NCBI GenBank assembly: GCA_048213135.1 | Contig: PS015081.1 | Location: forward strand, 168,785-232,784 | Source of the DNA: Reclinomonas americana ATCC 50394 | Lineage: Eukaryota | Length of the DNA stretch: 64,000 nt | Direction: 5' to 3' | Shown here: piece after piece, positions 1-10,867 of the stretch | How positions within the stretch are numbered: position 1 is the stretch's first letter | Layout of the letters: every line of letters begins with the position of its first letter | The notes under the pieces: model-generated | Seen by the model: only the letters and a program-made list of their open reading frames with translations | The model's database searches: none | Told to the model about the DNA's origin: nothing | Position numbers and translations under genes: made by a program

Positions 1-632
1 GCGATGACGACGGCGGCGGCTGCTGCGGCTGCTGCTGTTCCTCGTCGACCTCCCACGCCTGCGGCCATGAATCCGGACGCTCGTCCGCATTCGATTTCCC
101 TCCTCCGGATCCTCGCGACCTCATCCATATACGTGCCGCATTGCTGGCCGCAGCAGCCGACACCTGTGTGTCAGTGAGTGAGTGATAAGAGATTGTGCGA
201 CGAGGGACCGAACGAACCGCCCGCGGCTTCGAATCAAGGCCGCCACTATCGGCGCCCACACTCGGCAGTCGCTGCACGTGGTGATTCACCGGGGTCAACA
301 CACTGGCCGACGATAGTCTCCGCCTGTTGAGAGTACGTGAGTGAGTGAGTGTGAGAGCAACACGCAATGTATATGCGACGTAACGATGAGGGCTGGACGC
401 GCGGAGCAGGCCCCACTCCCGACGCCGATGGCAGTGACGATAATGATGCTGGTGAGGGTGGTTCAATGGGTGGCACAGTGACCACACGACGCGAAAGCTG
501 TGCCAGTGAGAGTGAGTGTGAGTGTGAGAACTCATTTCCCGCACCCTGACATACTCGACGAGTCGCACAAACCGAGGCATTGTTGAGCAGCACGCGCTGT
601 GCGCCGGCACTGGCCGAGTTGCTGCGCTGCAT
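1..632 (-). CDS. Hypothetical Ser/Pro-rich protein, partial (runs off window start), intron-containing
   Basis: ATG near 632 on the minus strand, GT..AG-bounded segments and low-complexity SHSHS/PPSPAS peptide; no recognisable domain. Confidence 0.3.
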
Positions 633-725
633 GTGTGTCGTGGTGGCCTCCACGCGCGCTGAGTTGATCGTTTTCTTTTGTGTTTGGTGTCACGTGGGTG
701 CATCATTGAGTCGGTGCAGGGCCAT

Positions 726-2152
726 TCATTCGCCACTCGTTTTTCGCGCAAAAGACAGCGTCTGTTGCAAACCGCTGTCGAGATCCCATTTCGGTTGCCA
801 GCCACATGAGAGGAGACGATGCACGCAGGCCATGGAGTGTTTTACGTCACCCGGACGCGCGTCCGCGTGTACAATGGTGCTGGACGAGGGGTTCGTGATT
901 GGTTGGTAATCAAATCGCACGCCGGTTTGTGTGTGTCACACGCGATTCAGCTCACCTTGCGGACGACAGTGCGCCAATGATGCGCGCCGCCAGCTGGTTG
1001 ATGGTGATGGACTGGCCGTAGCCGACATTGTAGACGCCGGGCGGCACGCAGTCGCCGTGCAGCGCCACATAAACATTGGCCTGCTTGCGCGCGCGTGAGC
1101 GAGACATGCTGCGCGTGGCACCACGACCATCGAGGACGCAACGCTGGCCACATCGCGCACATACACAAAGTCACGCGTCTGTTCGCCGTCGCCAAACACG
1201 GAGATGGGCTCGTTCGCCAGCGCACGCTGCACAAAGAGCGGAATCGCCGCCGCATACGCCGAGTGCGGGTTCTGTCGCTCGCCAAACACATTAAAGTAGC
1301 GCAGACACACGGCCGTCATCGTCGATCCGCTGGCGTCGGCCGCCGAGAACAGCTTCAGTGCGTAGAACTCGCCATCGAATTTGGAGAGTGCGTACGGACT
1401 GGCACCGCGAAAGGCCGCGTCCTCGGTCCACCCATCGACGCCCATGAACGAGTCGTCGCCACCATAAATGGCCGCCGTCGACGACAGCACCACTCGCTGC
1501 ACGGTGCCACATCGTCGACACGCCTCCAGCAGCGTCAACGTGCCCAACGAGTTCTGCTTCACATACTCTGCACGCGAAACAAAAAAGGCTCGGCGAGCGA
1601 AGGCAGGTGACTGTTGGCGATGCAGGCAAGGCACGAAACTGGCCGGATCGCTCATGCTCTCAGGCACCGAGATGGCCGCTGCAAGTCACACGGTCACTCC
1701 CAATACATCGCTTTTGCAAGACGGTCGCTCACTGACTGACCTGCAGTGTGAAACACAAAATGCACGCCATCGCGCAACGCCGCCTCCACATCCCCCGCCA
1801 CTGTCACATCACCCTTGATGAACTCCACTCGCTCCTTTGACAGAGTGAGTGAGACACACTCTGTCGCGATGCGATCGGGAGAATACACACCATCACATGC
1901 GCGAGGTTATCCAAGCTACCCGTCGACAAGTCATCCAACACACGTACTCTATCAAAGCACATGAGACGTGCACACGAAAACGGGGGGAAAAGGGGACGAA
2001 AAGACCTCCACAATGGATCCTGCAAGAGTGTCTCCACAATGTGACTGCCGATGAATCCTGAGAGGCAGTGAGGGAGATAAAGAGGTGGAAGGAGAGAAGG
2101 AAGGAGACAGACCTGCACCACCAGTGACAAGCGCAAGTCTCGTCGCTGTCAT
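726..2152 (-). CDS. NAD-dependent sugar epimerase/dehydratase (UDP-glucose/UDP-GlcNAc 4-epimerase, WbpP/GalE-like), multi-exon
   Basis: Spliced product has LVTGGAGFIGSH, LDDLSTG, SSTAAIYG, SPYALSK (YxxxK), LRYFNVFGERQNPHSAYAAAIP, GDGEQTRDFVYVRDVA, YNVG, RPGDVKHS. Confidence 0.9.
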
Positions 2153-2315
2153 GTGAGAAAAGCACAGAGTGATCGTGAAATTTCTTGTGCATCAGATCCC
2201 TTCTGCTCTTGTCAGTGTGTTCAGTGAGGAGTGTGTGAGTGCGTGAGTCCCTTCTCTCTCTCCCGCCTTCCTCTCTCTCTCTCTCTCTGTCTGTGTGCGA
2301 GAGTTCTGTGCGAGG

Positions 2316-3315
2316 ATGGAAGGCCCTGTTCATGTGCGCTACTGGATGGAGGAGGAGAGCGAGAGCAATGCCAAAGTGATGGTGATCTCCATGGGCACAG
2401 ACACAATCACGTTGCGTCTTCATTGACACACTCACGCGCACACACGCGCACACACGCGCACACATGAGTATGCGCATCAGTGTGCACTGCTGATGCGCAT
2501 GTGTGTGTGAGAGGAGAGAGAGTGTGTGTGTGTGTTGCTGACTCACGCGCACACAGCGCGCACAACACACACACACGCACACACACGCACACGCACAGAT
2601 ACACACATTGCTTTTCGCCTCCACCAATGCGTGGAATGCATTGGAAACTTTTCTTCTCATTGATATCTTTGTCATCATTCAGTGTGGAGGAGTTGCTGTC
2701 GTTTCTCGCCGGCGATTCGTGCCCGGTGCACTTCCTGCAGGGCTTGGTGATTCACGACATGCGGCTGGATAAGTACAAGATGGCGCGGCCTAATGTGGCG
2801 TCGGATCGAGAGGTTTCGTTTGCCTTCGCGTGCGTGCGTTAGGTTGCCCGAGGCGCTCATCCACCTCCCGTAGCTCGAGTTCCCGCTGGTGTGGGAGCCG
2901 GATGCGACCGGGAAGGTCACCACGCCGTGCATTTTGCATGTAATGTTGCAGTTCGAACGCGTGGTGCGGTACACGTCGTGTTCGATTACGCTGTCGGTGT
3001 CGGCGGTCGGGGCCATGCTTGGTGTGGAGAACCTCGTGCCCGACGTGCACGAGAATGTGTGGACGACGGCACGTGTCTATGATTCGCATCTCGGCGGCTT
3101 TGTTTCGTTGCGAGAAAAGTACACGTTTCCGCTGGAGGAGACCGAAGTACGCGTCCATGAGCACATGGTGCGCGCTCCGGCCGGCGATCGCCGCTCCGTC
3201 CGTTGCGTACCATCAACTGCGAGTATGTGCAAGCCCTGTCTCACGCTGACGGCGCGGCGGTGTCGCACAGGTGCCGGGTCCATGGGCAGTTCCGCCATTC
3301 CCAAGCACTTTGTAA
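2316..3315 (+). CDS. Hypothetical protein (4 exons)
   Basis: MEGPVHVRYW...TITVEELLSFL...LEFPLVWEPD...; introns 2411-2682, 2813-2873 and 3168-3270 keep the frame open; TAA at 3313-3315. Confidence 0.55.
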
Positions 3316-3353
3316 TTCTGCGCTACGAGACGTGGATCGTGGTACAGGTGGCC

Positions 3354-6138
3354 ATGCCAGAGATGCACGCCTCGTCGGCATTGGATGATTTCGTGTTGGT
3401 CGACGAGCCATCAAGAGCCTCTGGTGCCTTCGAGATTGTAGATCATGCCGCCGTGTCGGCATCGCAGCCCATGTACGTACCGCCCCCCTCCATCTCCTGC
3501 CGCTGCTCTTCACCGACCTCTCACACATATTTCAACTGCTGCAGCGAATGTTCTTCGAATGTCGACCCGAGTGTCATCACGTCGCTTATCGAGCAGGAGA
3601 GCCAGAGCACAGCGGTTTGTGTGTGATGCCCGCGTGGTGTCGCCATTCTCCTCTCTCACACCAACACGTCGTTGCAGGCTGGGCGCGATGTGCAATGGAG
3701 TCAGGCCAAGGTGCCACACACAGCCGCCGAGGTCACCAAGCCGCTGAAGAATCTCATCAGGCGTGGAGTACCTGGGCGGCATCGCGGCGCAGTATACAAG
3801 TGCTTGTCGGGGGCCGACCAGTTGCAAACCACCAAGCCGCAATTGTACGCCAGAGTCTCGCTTGCCACGTGGGGTGCGAACGCCAAAGGAAACACGCCAT
3901 CGGTGTGTGCGAGTTTCTCATTCGCTTCCCGCACGCTGGGTACTCACACAAGTGCTCCTCGTCCAACAGACCCAGATCCCTCGCGTGTTCCCCGAGTTCG
4001 GAGGCAAGTTCCTGCCGCAGCAACACTTGTTGAATGCTCGTGGTGTCGCGGCGGTGAAACGCATTCTGTGCATGTTATCGCAACACTTTACGGGCTACGA
4101 CTATTGCCCAGCGCTGCCGGACACGAGTTGTGTGCTTGGTTCTTCCCGGCTTCTTCAGGCGTTTGTGCATTGACCCGTATCACGCACAGTTTGTTTACTG
4201 CTGATTTACTTGGAGGAGACTGACGCATTCTACGCGGCATGCGCGTTGCTGGAGAAGAGTCGAGCCTTGCAATGGTACTATCGAAACTCGCTGACGTCAC
4301 AGAGGTTGTGGGTGACGGTGTGTGGAGAGCTTGTGCGGCGCAAGATTCCGGATCTGGCAAGACATATCCTTTCTATTTGCCGACCGTCGCTTCGTGTATT
4401 TTGCTGTCTCCCGTCTTGCACCTCCTTGACTCCTTCCCTCTTTGACGGTTCTCACATGCGGCAAGTTTGCGTGTCGAGTTTGAGGAGATCATCACCGGCT
4501 GGTTCGAGCGGATGTTTGTCAGCCACATTTCATTCCAGTGCACTCTACGGTTGTTTGACGCGTTCTTGCACGAGGGTCGAAAAGTGCTTGCACGGTGAGC
4601 ACAGTTCCCAGGTGCATCCGCTGCTGTGAGCTTTTCTCACCGTGGTCGTCGTGATGCAGATACACATTTGCTCTGTTCAAGATCCACTCTTCGGCGTTGC
4701 TGAAGACCAAATCGGCTGCCGAGTTCAAGCGCCTGCTGGCTGACTTGGCGGTCGATGCCACTGACCCCGACACACTGGCCAAGGTGTGTGCCCGCCTGTC
4801 TGTCGAGCGCTACCTCTGTCGTCCTCATGGGTCTGTTGTGTGTAGACGGCCTTTAAAGTGCCGGTTAGTCGAAAGCAGTTGGACAATCTGGAGAGCGAAG
4901 TGCGTGATTCCATGCCACTGCTGTCGCGAGCAGACACGGTTGCTGCGAGCTTTGTGTACTACCGACCGCAGCTGGATGTGCCCACGCAAATAGCCTCGGA
5001 GGCAAACGTGCGGTTTCCTTCTTTGTAGAAATGTCGGCGAGAGACGCTGCTGACTCTTCTTTCTTTCTGCCTTTCTATGCTTGCCTCAGATGGAGATCCT
5101 GTGGAGTTGGCTACCGCGAAGGCTGCAGATTCGCGACATGCGTCTCATGTATGCTTCGGGACGTGATGGCTACTCGCTCGCCACTGTGTATCACCTTTCC
5201 GAAGTGGCCGGTGACGGCCCATGTCTGCTTCTCCTGCAAGTGTGCTCGAAGCAGGCCTTGCAGCAACCGTCCCCCGTAATGACAGCCGCCGCCCCTCCGA
5301 GTGCTGCTGCCGGTGAGCTCGCCGCCGTTGCCTGGCTCGTCCTTGTCCCTGATGTGGTTGCTCATGTGATTCCTTGCAGGCGCGTCCGCATCAGAAGCAC
5401 CGAAAGCAGAGAGAAGGAGCATCGGAAAGACCTACGTTACGTCTGTGTATCCTCCATGTTATTGAGGTTGATGTGTATGCGGATGCTCTCGTTCTGAACG
5501 CATATGCACGCAGGCTCTCGGTGCTTTCCTGTCCTCCAATCTGCGGCGATCGTTTGCCTACTACGGAACTGCAGAGACATTTGTCTTCACATTGCATCCT
5601 CCTGGACAGGAACGTGTGTGGCGGTGGGCACAGTACCAAGCACAAAGTGCGTGCACATTGAGTGGGGTGACAAGTGTGTGCATGGGCTGGTGATTGACAT
5701 TGCATCATCGAAACAGATACCCCGAATCATTCACCCAACGCAACACCAGTGCTGGCCGGCAGGAGCGGTCCACCTCCTTCCCCCGATGTCTCCGCTTCGC
5801 TGGGTACTCTTGGTCCTCTGACAGCCTCTCGGTCTACTTCGTTGAGTGCGCTCGCTCAAGTTCCGCGAGCCGATGCCAATGACTTTTTCATGATGGGGAC
5901 CAACGAGGCGATCACCCTTGGCGGTGGCGGGTTCGTCTTGAATGCAAGCACATACCTTGTCATGCTGTTTGCAGAGTTTGCTCATTCATGTGCTCCCAAT
6001 AGTGCTGGCCCGGCGCTCCGAATTGAGGGCACTCTCACCAATGGCGCGACGTTTGCGTCGGAGACGTTCGCAAACGATCCGCTGTGTGAGGTGCAGCATT
6101 TCGAGATCCTCAAGATCGAGGTCTACAAGTTTGTGTAA
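3354..6138 (+). CDS. TBC (Rab-GAP) + TLDc domain protein (TBC1D24/Skywalker-like)
   Basis: LKNLIRRGVPGRHRGAVYKCLSGA, YCPALPD, LRLFDAFLHEGRKVL (TBC); MYASGRDGYSLATVY, LGAFLS, YYGTAETFVFTL, ITLGGG, SETFANDPL, IEVYKF (TLDc). Confidence 0.88.
4364..4455 (+). other. U12-type (minor spliceosome) AT-AC intron
   Basis: ATATCCTTT donor, TCCTTGAC branch at 4423-4430 and AC terminus; removal gives in-frame DLARH-AASLRVEFEE. Confidence 0.88.
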
Positions 6139-6236
6139 TGTGTCACTTCGTTCTCCCCCTTGTTCTTCCGTAATCGTGTCTTGCTGCTGCAAACATAGTA
6201 ATACAGCTTCTTCTCTTCTGTCGTAACGAATGTGGT

Positions 6237-7380
6237 TTACTCTGGCGTCACAATAACGTATCGCACAGCACCCTTGCCACGCACTTCGCGTAGTCTGCCC
6301 AGAGTCCGCAGCACCTGGAAGATGGCCTTGCCAGTGGCATCGACCTTGTAGCTGGGAATGCTCTTCAGGTCCTCCTCGGTGAAGAAGAACTTGCCCTTCA
6401 GTTCCGGCAGGTCATCATCCAGGAATTTCTGCGCGTCCCCCCCGAATCGTTGGCATCTACAGTGAGGGCGGGAGGGAAGGAAGACACGGCGCACCTTGTA
6501 CATGGCAGTCTCCTTCTTGTTCAGCTTCGCAAACGGCTTGGCCATGAGTGCGTACTTGGCGCGCACAAACGGCAGCACCTGATCAATCACTGCGTTGACC
6601 TTGTCGTAGGTGGCTCGTCCGCGCATGTAAGCTGGCACAGCCTCCACCTCGCTGTTACCAACATAGGCAATCGGCGGCACAGCATCCTCTCCTAGCGTCA
6701 CACGTGAGCCAGTGATGAAGCGACTGGGGAGGAGACAAGCTCACGCACCCGACGATGGCCGCTTCTTCCGCTTCTGCGCCGGTGCATCGACCGGCTCGTC
6801 AATCGCCACTCGCTTGTTGTCATTGGCCGCGGTCACATCGCCCAGCACATGAGCAGCAGGCGTCGCTGCTGCTGAAGCTGTGGTGGTTGTGGTGGTGGTG
6901 GTCGTGGTGGATGAGCTGCCACCAAACGCAATGTCACCCGGATGAGGTGTGCTCGTTGGAATAGCACTGCTGCCTGCACGATGAGAAGGAGAAGGAGACA
7001 GAGTGAGCATGAGTGCCTGAGGCTAAGCAGGAGTTGAGGGCTGGGCGCAACTCGGCAGACGCGCAGGCAAGTTGGCCTGAATTGAGCGCGTGTACTCATT
7101 CTGTCGCTCAGCCAGTGCCAGGAAGTCTGGTCGATGCTTGCTCTGCTCCTCGGCCAACCGGTCACGAAGTTCCACAAACGCATGCTCGACCTGTGAGAGC
7201 GCAGAGGCAACCTCAGCCAGCGCCATGCATGCCTCAGAGGGATCTGCAGTCACAGAGTGAGTCGAATAGTGAGACAACGAGAGAGGGCGCTGGAAAGAAC
7301 GTGCCTTCTGAGCGCAGCAACACCATGGTCTTCAGCTCCTTTACTCGACTGGAGAACTCTTGCACCAGTCCCTCCATCAT
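6237..7380 (-). CDS. SKA1: Spindle and kinetochore-associated protein 1
   Basis: N-terminal coiled coil ending ANLPARLP; C-terminal VPAYMRGRATYDKVN...KGKFFFTEEDLK...LRTLGRLREVRGKGAVRYVI matches the Ska1 microtubule-binding domain; 4 introns, the first GC-AG (7304-7244). Confidence 0.9.
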
Positions 7381-7782
7381 TTTCTCTCTCTTCTCTCCTC
7401 GATCCGCGAAAAAACGTTGCAACGGTCAGCGACGTGGGACACAATACGGAAAGAAGGCTTTCTGCAGTGCCTCAACTGCTCCACCGCAGTCTCACAGTGG
7501 TTAATGAGCAGTCGTGGCAGTGCCCATTGCGGCAAGGGTGGATGTCGAAAAACTGAAGACTTCGAAGGCGACGTCGACGTTGAGATCGTGAGAATTCCAC
7601 GCAGTTCTGTTGCGCTTTCCTGGTGAATTACAGTAAGATAAATGCCTTTCCATACTCTCTGCTACAGGAGTCGGTGAAAGAACGCCTCTGAAGTCAGAAA
7701 AAAGATGAACGCATTGCATTGGTCCTCACCTTTGTTCTTCCTTTTTGCGTGAGTTGAAAGCGCGCGCGTGTGTGTGGGGAGA

Positions 7783-10700
7783 ATGACACTTGGAGAGGAT
7801 GAGCAAGCCGTGCCTACTCCGCCAGTGGAGACACACCACTACTCGAAGCTGAGCGGGTTCATGTATAGCTTCAACTTGATTGTCGGTGTGTGCCATAGAG
7901 AGAGAGAGAGAGAGAGAGCGAGCGAGATAGTGCATGTGTGTATGAGAGAGAGAAAGAGTGCAGCACTCTTGTTTCCTTGTGCAATACTTGTGATACTCAA
8001 TGCATCTTCGCATCCCAGGCACTGGAGCACTTGCTCTTCCGCTGGCCTTCAAAGACGCTGGTGTGTGCTTCTCTGTCTCTTTACATAGATGCCACTCTTG
8101 CACTGTCTCCTCACATGCGCTTGCACACACAGGATCGGTTTGGACATGTCGCACACTCTTTTGCAACACACTCTCTCTTCCCTCTCAATCTGTGACTGCA
8201 GGTCTTGTCGCCACTGTTCCTTGCCTTGGTCGTGTTCCTCGCGTTGCGTCTCTGTGCATCGTGCTCGCTCACTGTGTGTCATGTGACTGACTGATTATCA
8301 TCAGCTTGATCACTGTGACATATATGATTGAGGCCATGGCCGCTGGCAATGCGTTCCTTGCGCATCAGAGTGAGGTACTTATTCCGCACAATCGCATGTA
8401 GAAGAAGAGATTGTGTGCGTGGGTCTCAGTCGGAGGAGGCGGCGGTACATGTGCAGATTGGATCGAGTGGGGGCGCAGGCACACTGCCACTGGACAAGCC
8501 GGCCATGTTGCGCGCTCTCGTCCATTGTTGGTGGCAGTGCCTGTGTCTCACACTGTTGTCATCACGTTGCGAAGCATGGCACGCGGTGCACCGGGACCAC
8601 CGGATGATTACGATGAGGGATCGCAACTGATCCCGCGTGTCAACAAGGGCGGCAGCAATCCCAACAAGGGCCCGTTTGCCATCACTCACCGTGTGGAGAT
8701 GGGCATGGCGGCGGAGATGTTCTTCACGCCGTGGGGTGCCAAGCTGTTCTACGCCTGCCTCATTGTGTACCTGTATGATACGTAACTTCATTCTCTCTGG
8801 CGTTTGGTGATGGAATGCTGACTGGTGGTTTTCGCTGCGCACGCGACTTGGCCATCTACGGCATCGGTGCGTATGACTACGAACCTGCTGCATTACATCT
8901 TCGCTTCGTGACCGATTTTTGCTGCACGCACAGTGGTGCCTCATTCGCTGGCCGCATTGACCGGAGGCATTCCGTTCCTGGGTCTCAACACGCACGACTC
9001 GTACTACGTGTACTTGGCCGTGTTTGCGGTGCTCACATGTCGTGCGTCACTGTCAGTGCGCTCCATCCGCATCGTGTGCACGGTGACAACTGACCTGCCT
9101 CTTATGCTTTCCATGCAGCATTTGTGTTCTTCGATCTGCGGAAGACCAAGTGGTTGCAGCTGTTCACGCTGACCGTCCGTCTTCTCGCATTCCTGCTGTT
9201 GCGTACCGACAGTCTACGTCGATACCTTTCGTGTTCCTCACTGACTCTGTGCTTCGTCGCCAGCATGATCATCTTGGCGTTCATTTTCATTGGCGAAGGC
9301 CAGGGTGCCAACCCGAAGGAGTTGCCAGTGTTCTCCATCAAGTTGCGCATGGCGCCTTGCCGGCACTCACCTTGTGAGGGAAAGTGTGCACTGAAGGTGG
9401 GTTTTCCTTTTTGCGGCTCGCAGACACCTGCCGCAGCTGTTTGGCGTGGCCGTGTACAGTTTCATGTGCCACCACAGTCTGCCGTCGATTGTCACGCCAA
9501 TCGGCAACAAGAAGCGGATATCGTGGCTGTATCTGATGGTTGCCGGTGCCGTCTACATTAGCTACAACCTGCTTAGCTACTCGGCCATGTTTGCATTCGG
9601 TGTGTGTGTGCACCTTGTCGTTGACCAACTCAGAGGAGAGATGCTCATGTGCGGGATATGCAGGAGAAATCTCCTACGCCAACTGCGATTCGACAGACTC
9701 GCACCCGTGCATGATCCAGGTGCGTGTCATGCTCACATGAGTGCTTGCGCACACTTGCCTTGCCTGCTGACTCCTCATTGTGTGAACAGGCTCCTTACAC
9801 GGAAAATGTTGCGCAGTGTGCTTGCTCGTCTTCGGTAGATCTATTCACTCACCTGCATGCTCGTGGCAACACTTCTACGTGTGCAGTTCATCTCATATGG
9901 TGCGCTGTCGTGCACTTGTTTTCCATGATTGTGCTTTGCTGTTGTTGCTCATCACCGTCTCCAGACGTGAAGCCGATTTCCTACTTTATTGCCTTGTACC
10001 CGTGCTTTGTGTGCTGGTGCGTCTGTCTCGCTGACGAGTTGCGCGCGCTGAGCTTGTTGTCTCACTGTCATCTTGCCCGCAGGACGGTGCGATGAGAATG
10101 CAGGGCAGCGTGTCGTCCACACATATGTGTGAGGGTGTGCTCACTCTGTGGTGGGCGCAGAACTACCCGATTATTGCCGTGACGTTGCGCAACAACCTGT
10201 ACCAGCTATTCTCCAGTTGCGAGCGGGTCTCGGCTTGCTTCTGATTCCATGTGCATTCGAATGTACTGACAAGCTCCCTTGCGCTGCAGAGGATGGCCAC
10301 CGCTCCAAGCCGGCTCTGTGGAAGCGCATTGTGTTTCCGATCTTGGCGAGTGTGCCGGGTATCGCCATTGCGTTTGCCACGCGCAACATGGAGCTGTTGG
10401 TCGATATCACTGGTGCGTGCCTTCGTGTCTACCTGTCATTCGCTGCATGCACCCGTCCTGACTCTTAAGTACCATTCCGCGCAGGCTCTTTTCCGGGCCT
10501 CGGTATCGAGTTTATCGTGCCGCTCATGCTGGTCATCATGTCACGAAGGTTCCGTGTTGCTGCTCCACACGGCCTCCTCTTGTGCGGCTCTCAGCCTGTT
10601 ATTTCTGCTGCATAGGTGGACGGAGAAGACGTTTGCCGGCCGCGCCGTCAATCCACGTTACGTAACATGGCGTGCCCGCGTATGTGTGTGTGTGAGCGTG

Positions 10701-10831
10701 TGTACTCACATTGTAGGTGCTGCGTAGTCATGTCACCGTTCAAGCACAAGTTCTGGACGTGGGTCATCATTTCGTGGATCGTGGTCGCATTCGGTCTCAA
10801 CATCTATAATCTTGTCGTCAAACTCTCGTAG
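7783..10831 (+). CDS. TMEM104: TMEM104-family amino-acid transporter-like membrane protein, ~17 exons including micro-exons
   Basis: YSFNLIVGTGALALP, IEAMAAGNA, VEMGMAAEMFF, YLYGDLAIY, FFDLRKTKWLQ, FGVAVYSFMCHHSLPSIVTPI, TNYPIIAVTLRNN. Confidence 0.9.
8133..8137 (+). other. 5-nt micro-exon (GATCG) of TMEM104
   Basis: cacacAG|GATCG|GTttgg; needed to link DAG (phase 1) to VLSPLFL (phase 0). Confidence 0.75.
8778..8842 (+). other. AT-AC intron with U2-like signals
   Basis: G|ATACGTAA ... GCTGAC ... gcAC|GC; removal restores conserved YLYGDLAIY. Confidence 0.82.
10083..10086 (+). other. 4-nt micro-exon (GACG) of TMEM104
   Basis: ccgcAG|GACG|GTgcga; gives PCFVCWTNYPII, matching the family motif PxFxxSTNFPII. 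Confidence 0.8.
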
Positions 10832-10867
10832 CGTTAACCTTAATGAAAAGGCGTTTTGTGTTTCCAC

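Noticed and set aside
5447-5455. GTATCCTCC resembling a U12 GT-AG donor
   Set aside because: Wrong phase for the downstream ALGAFLS exon and no U12 branch; the GTTACGT donor at 5436 fits.
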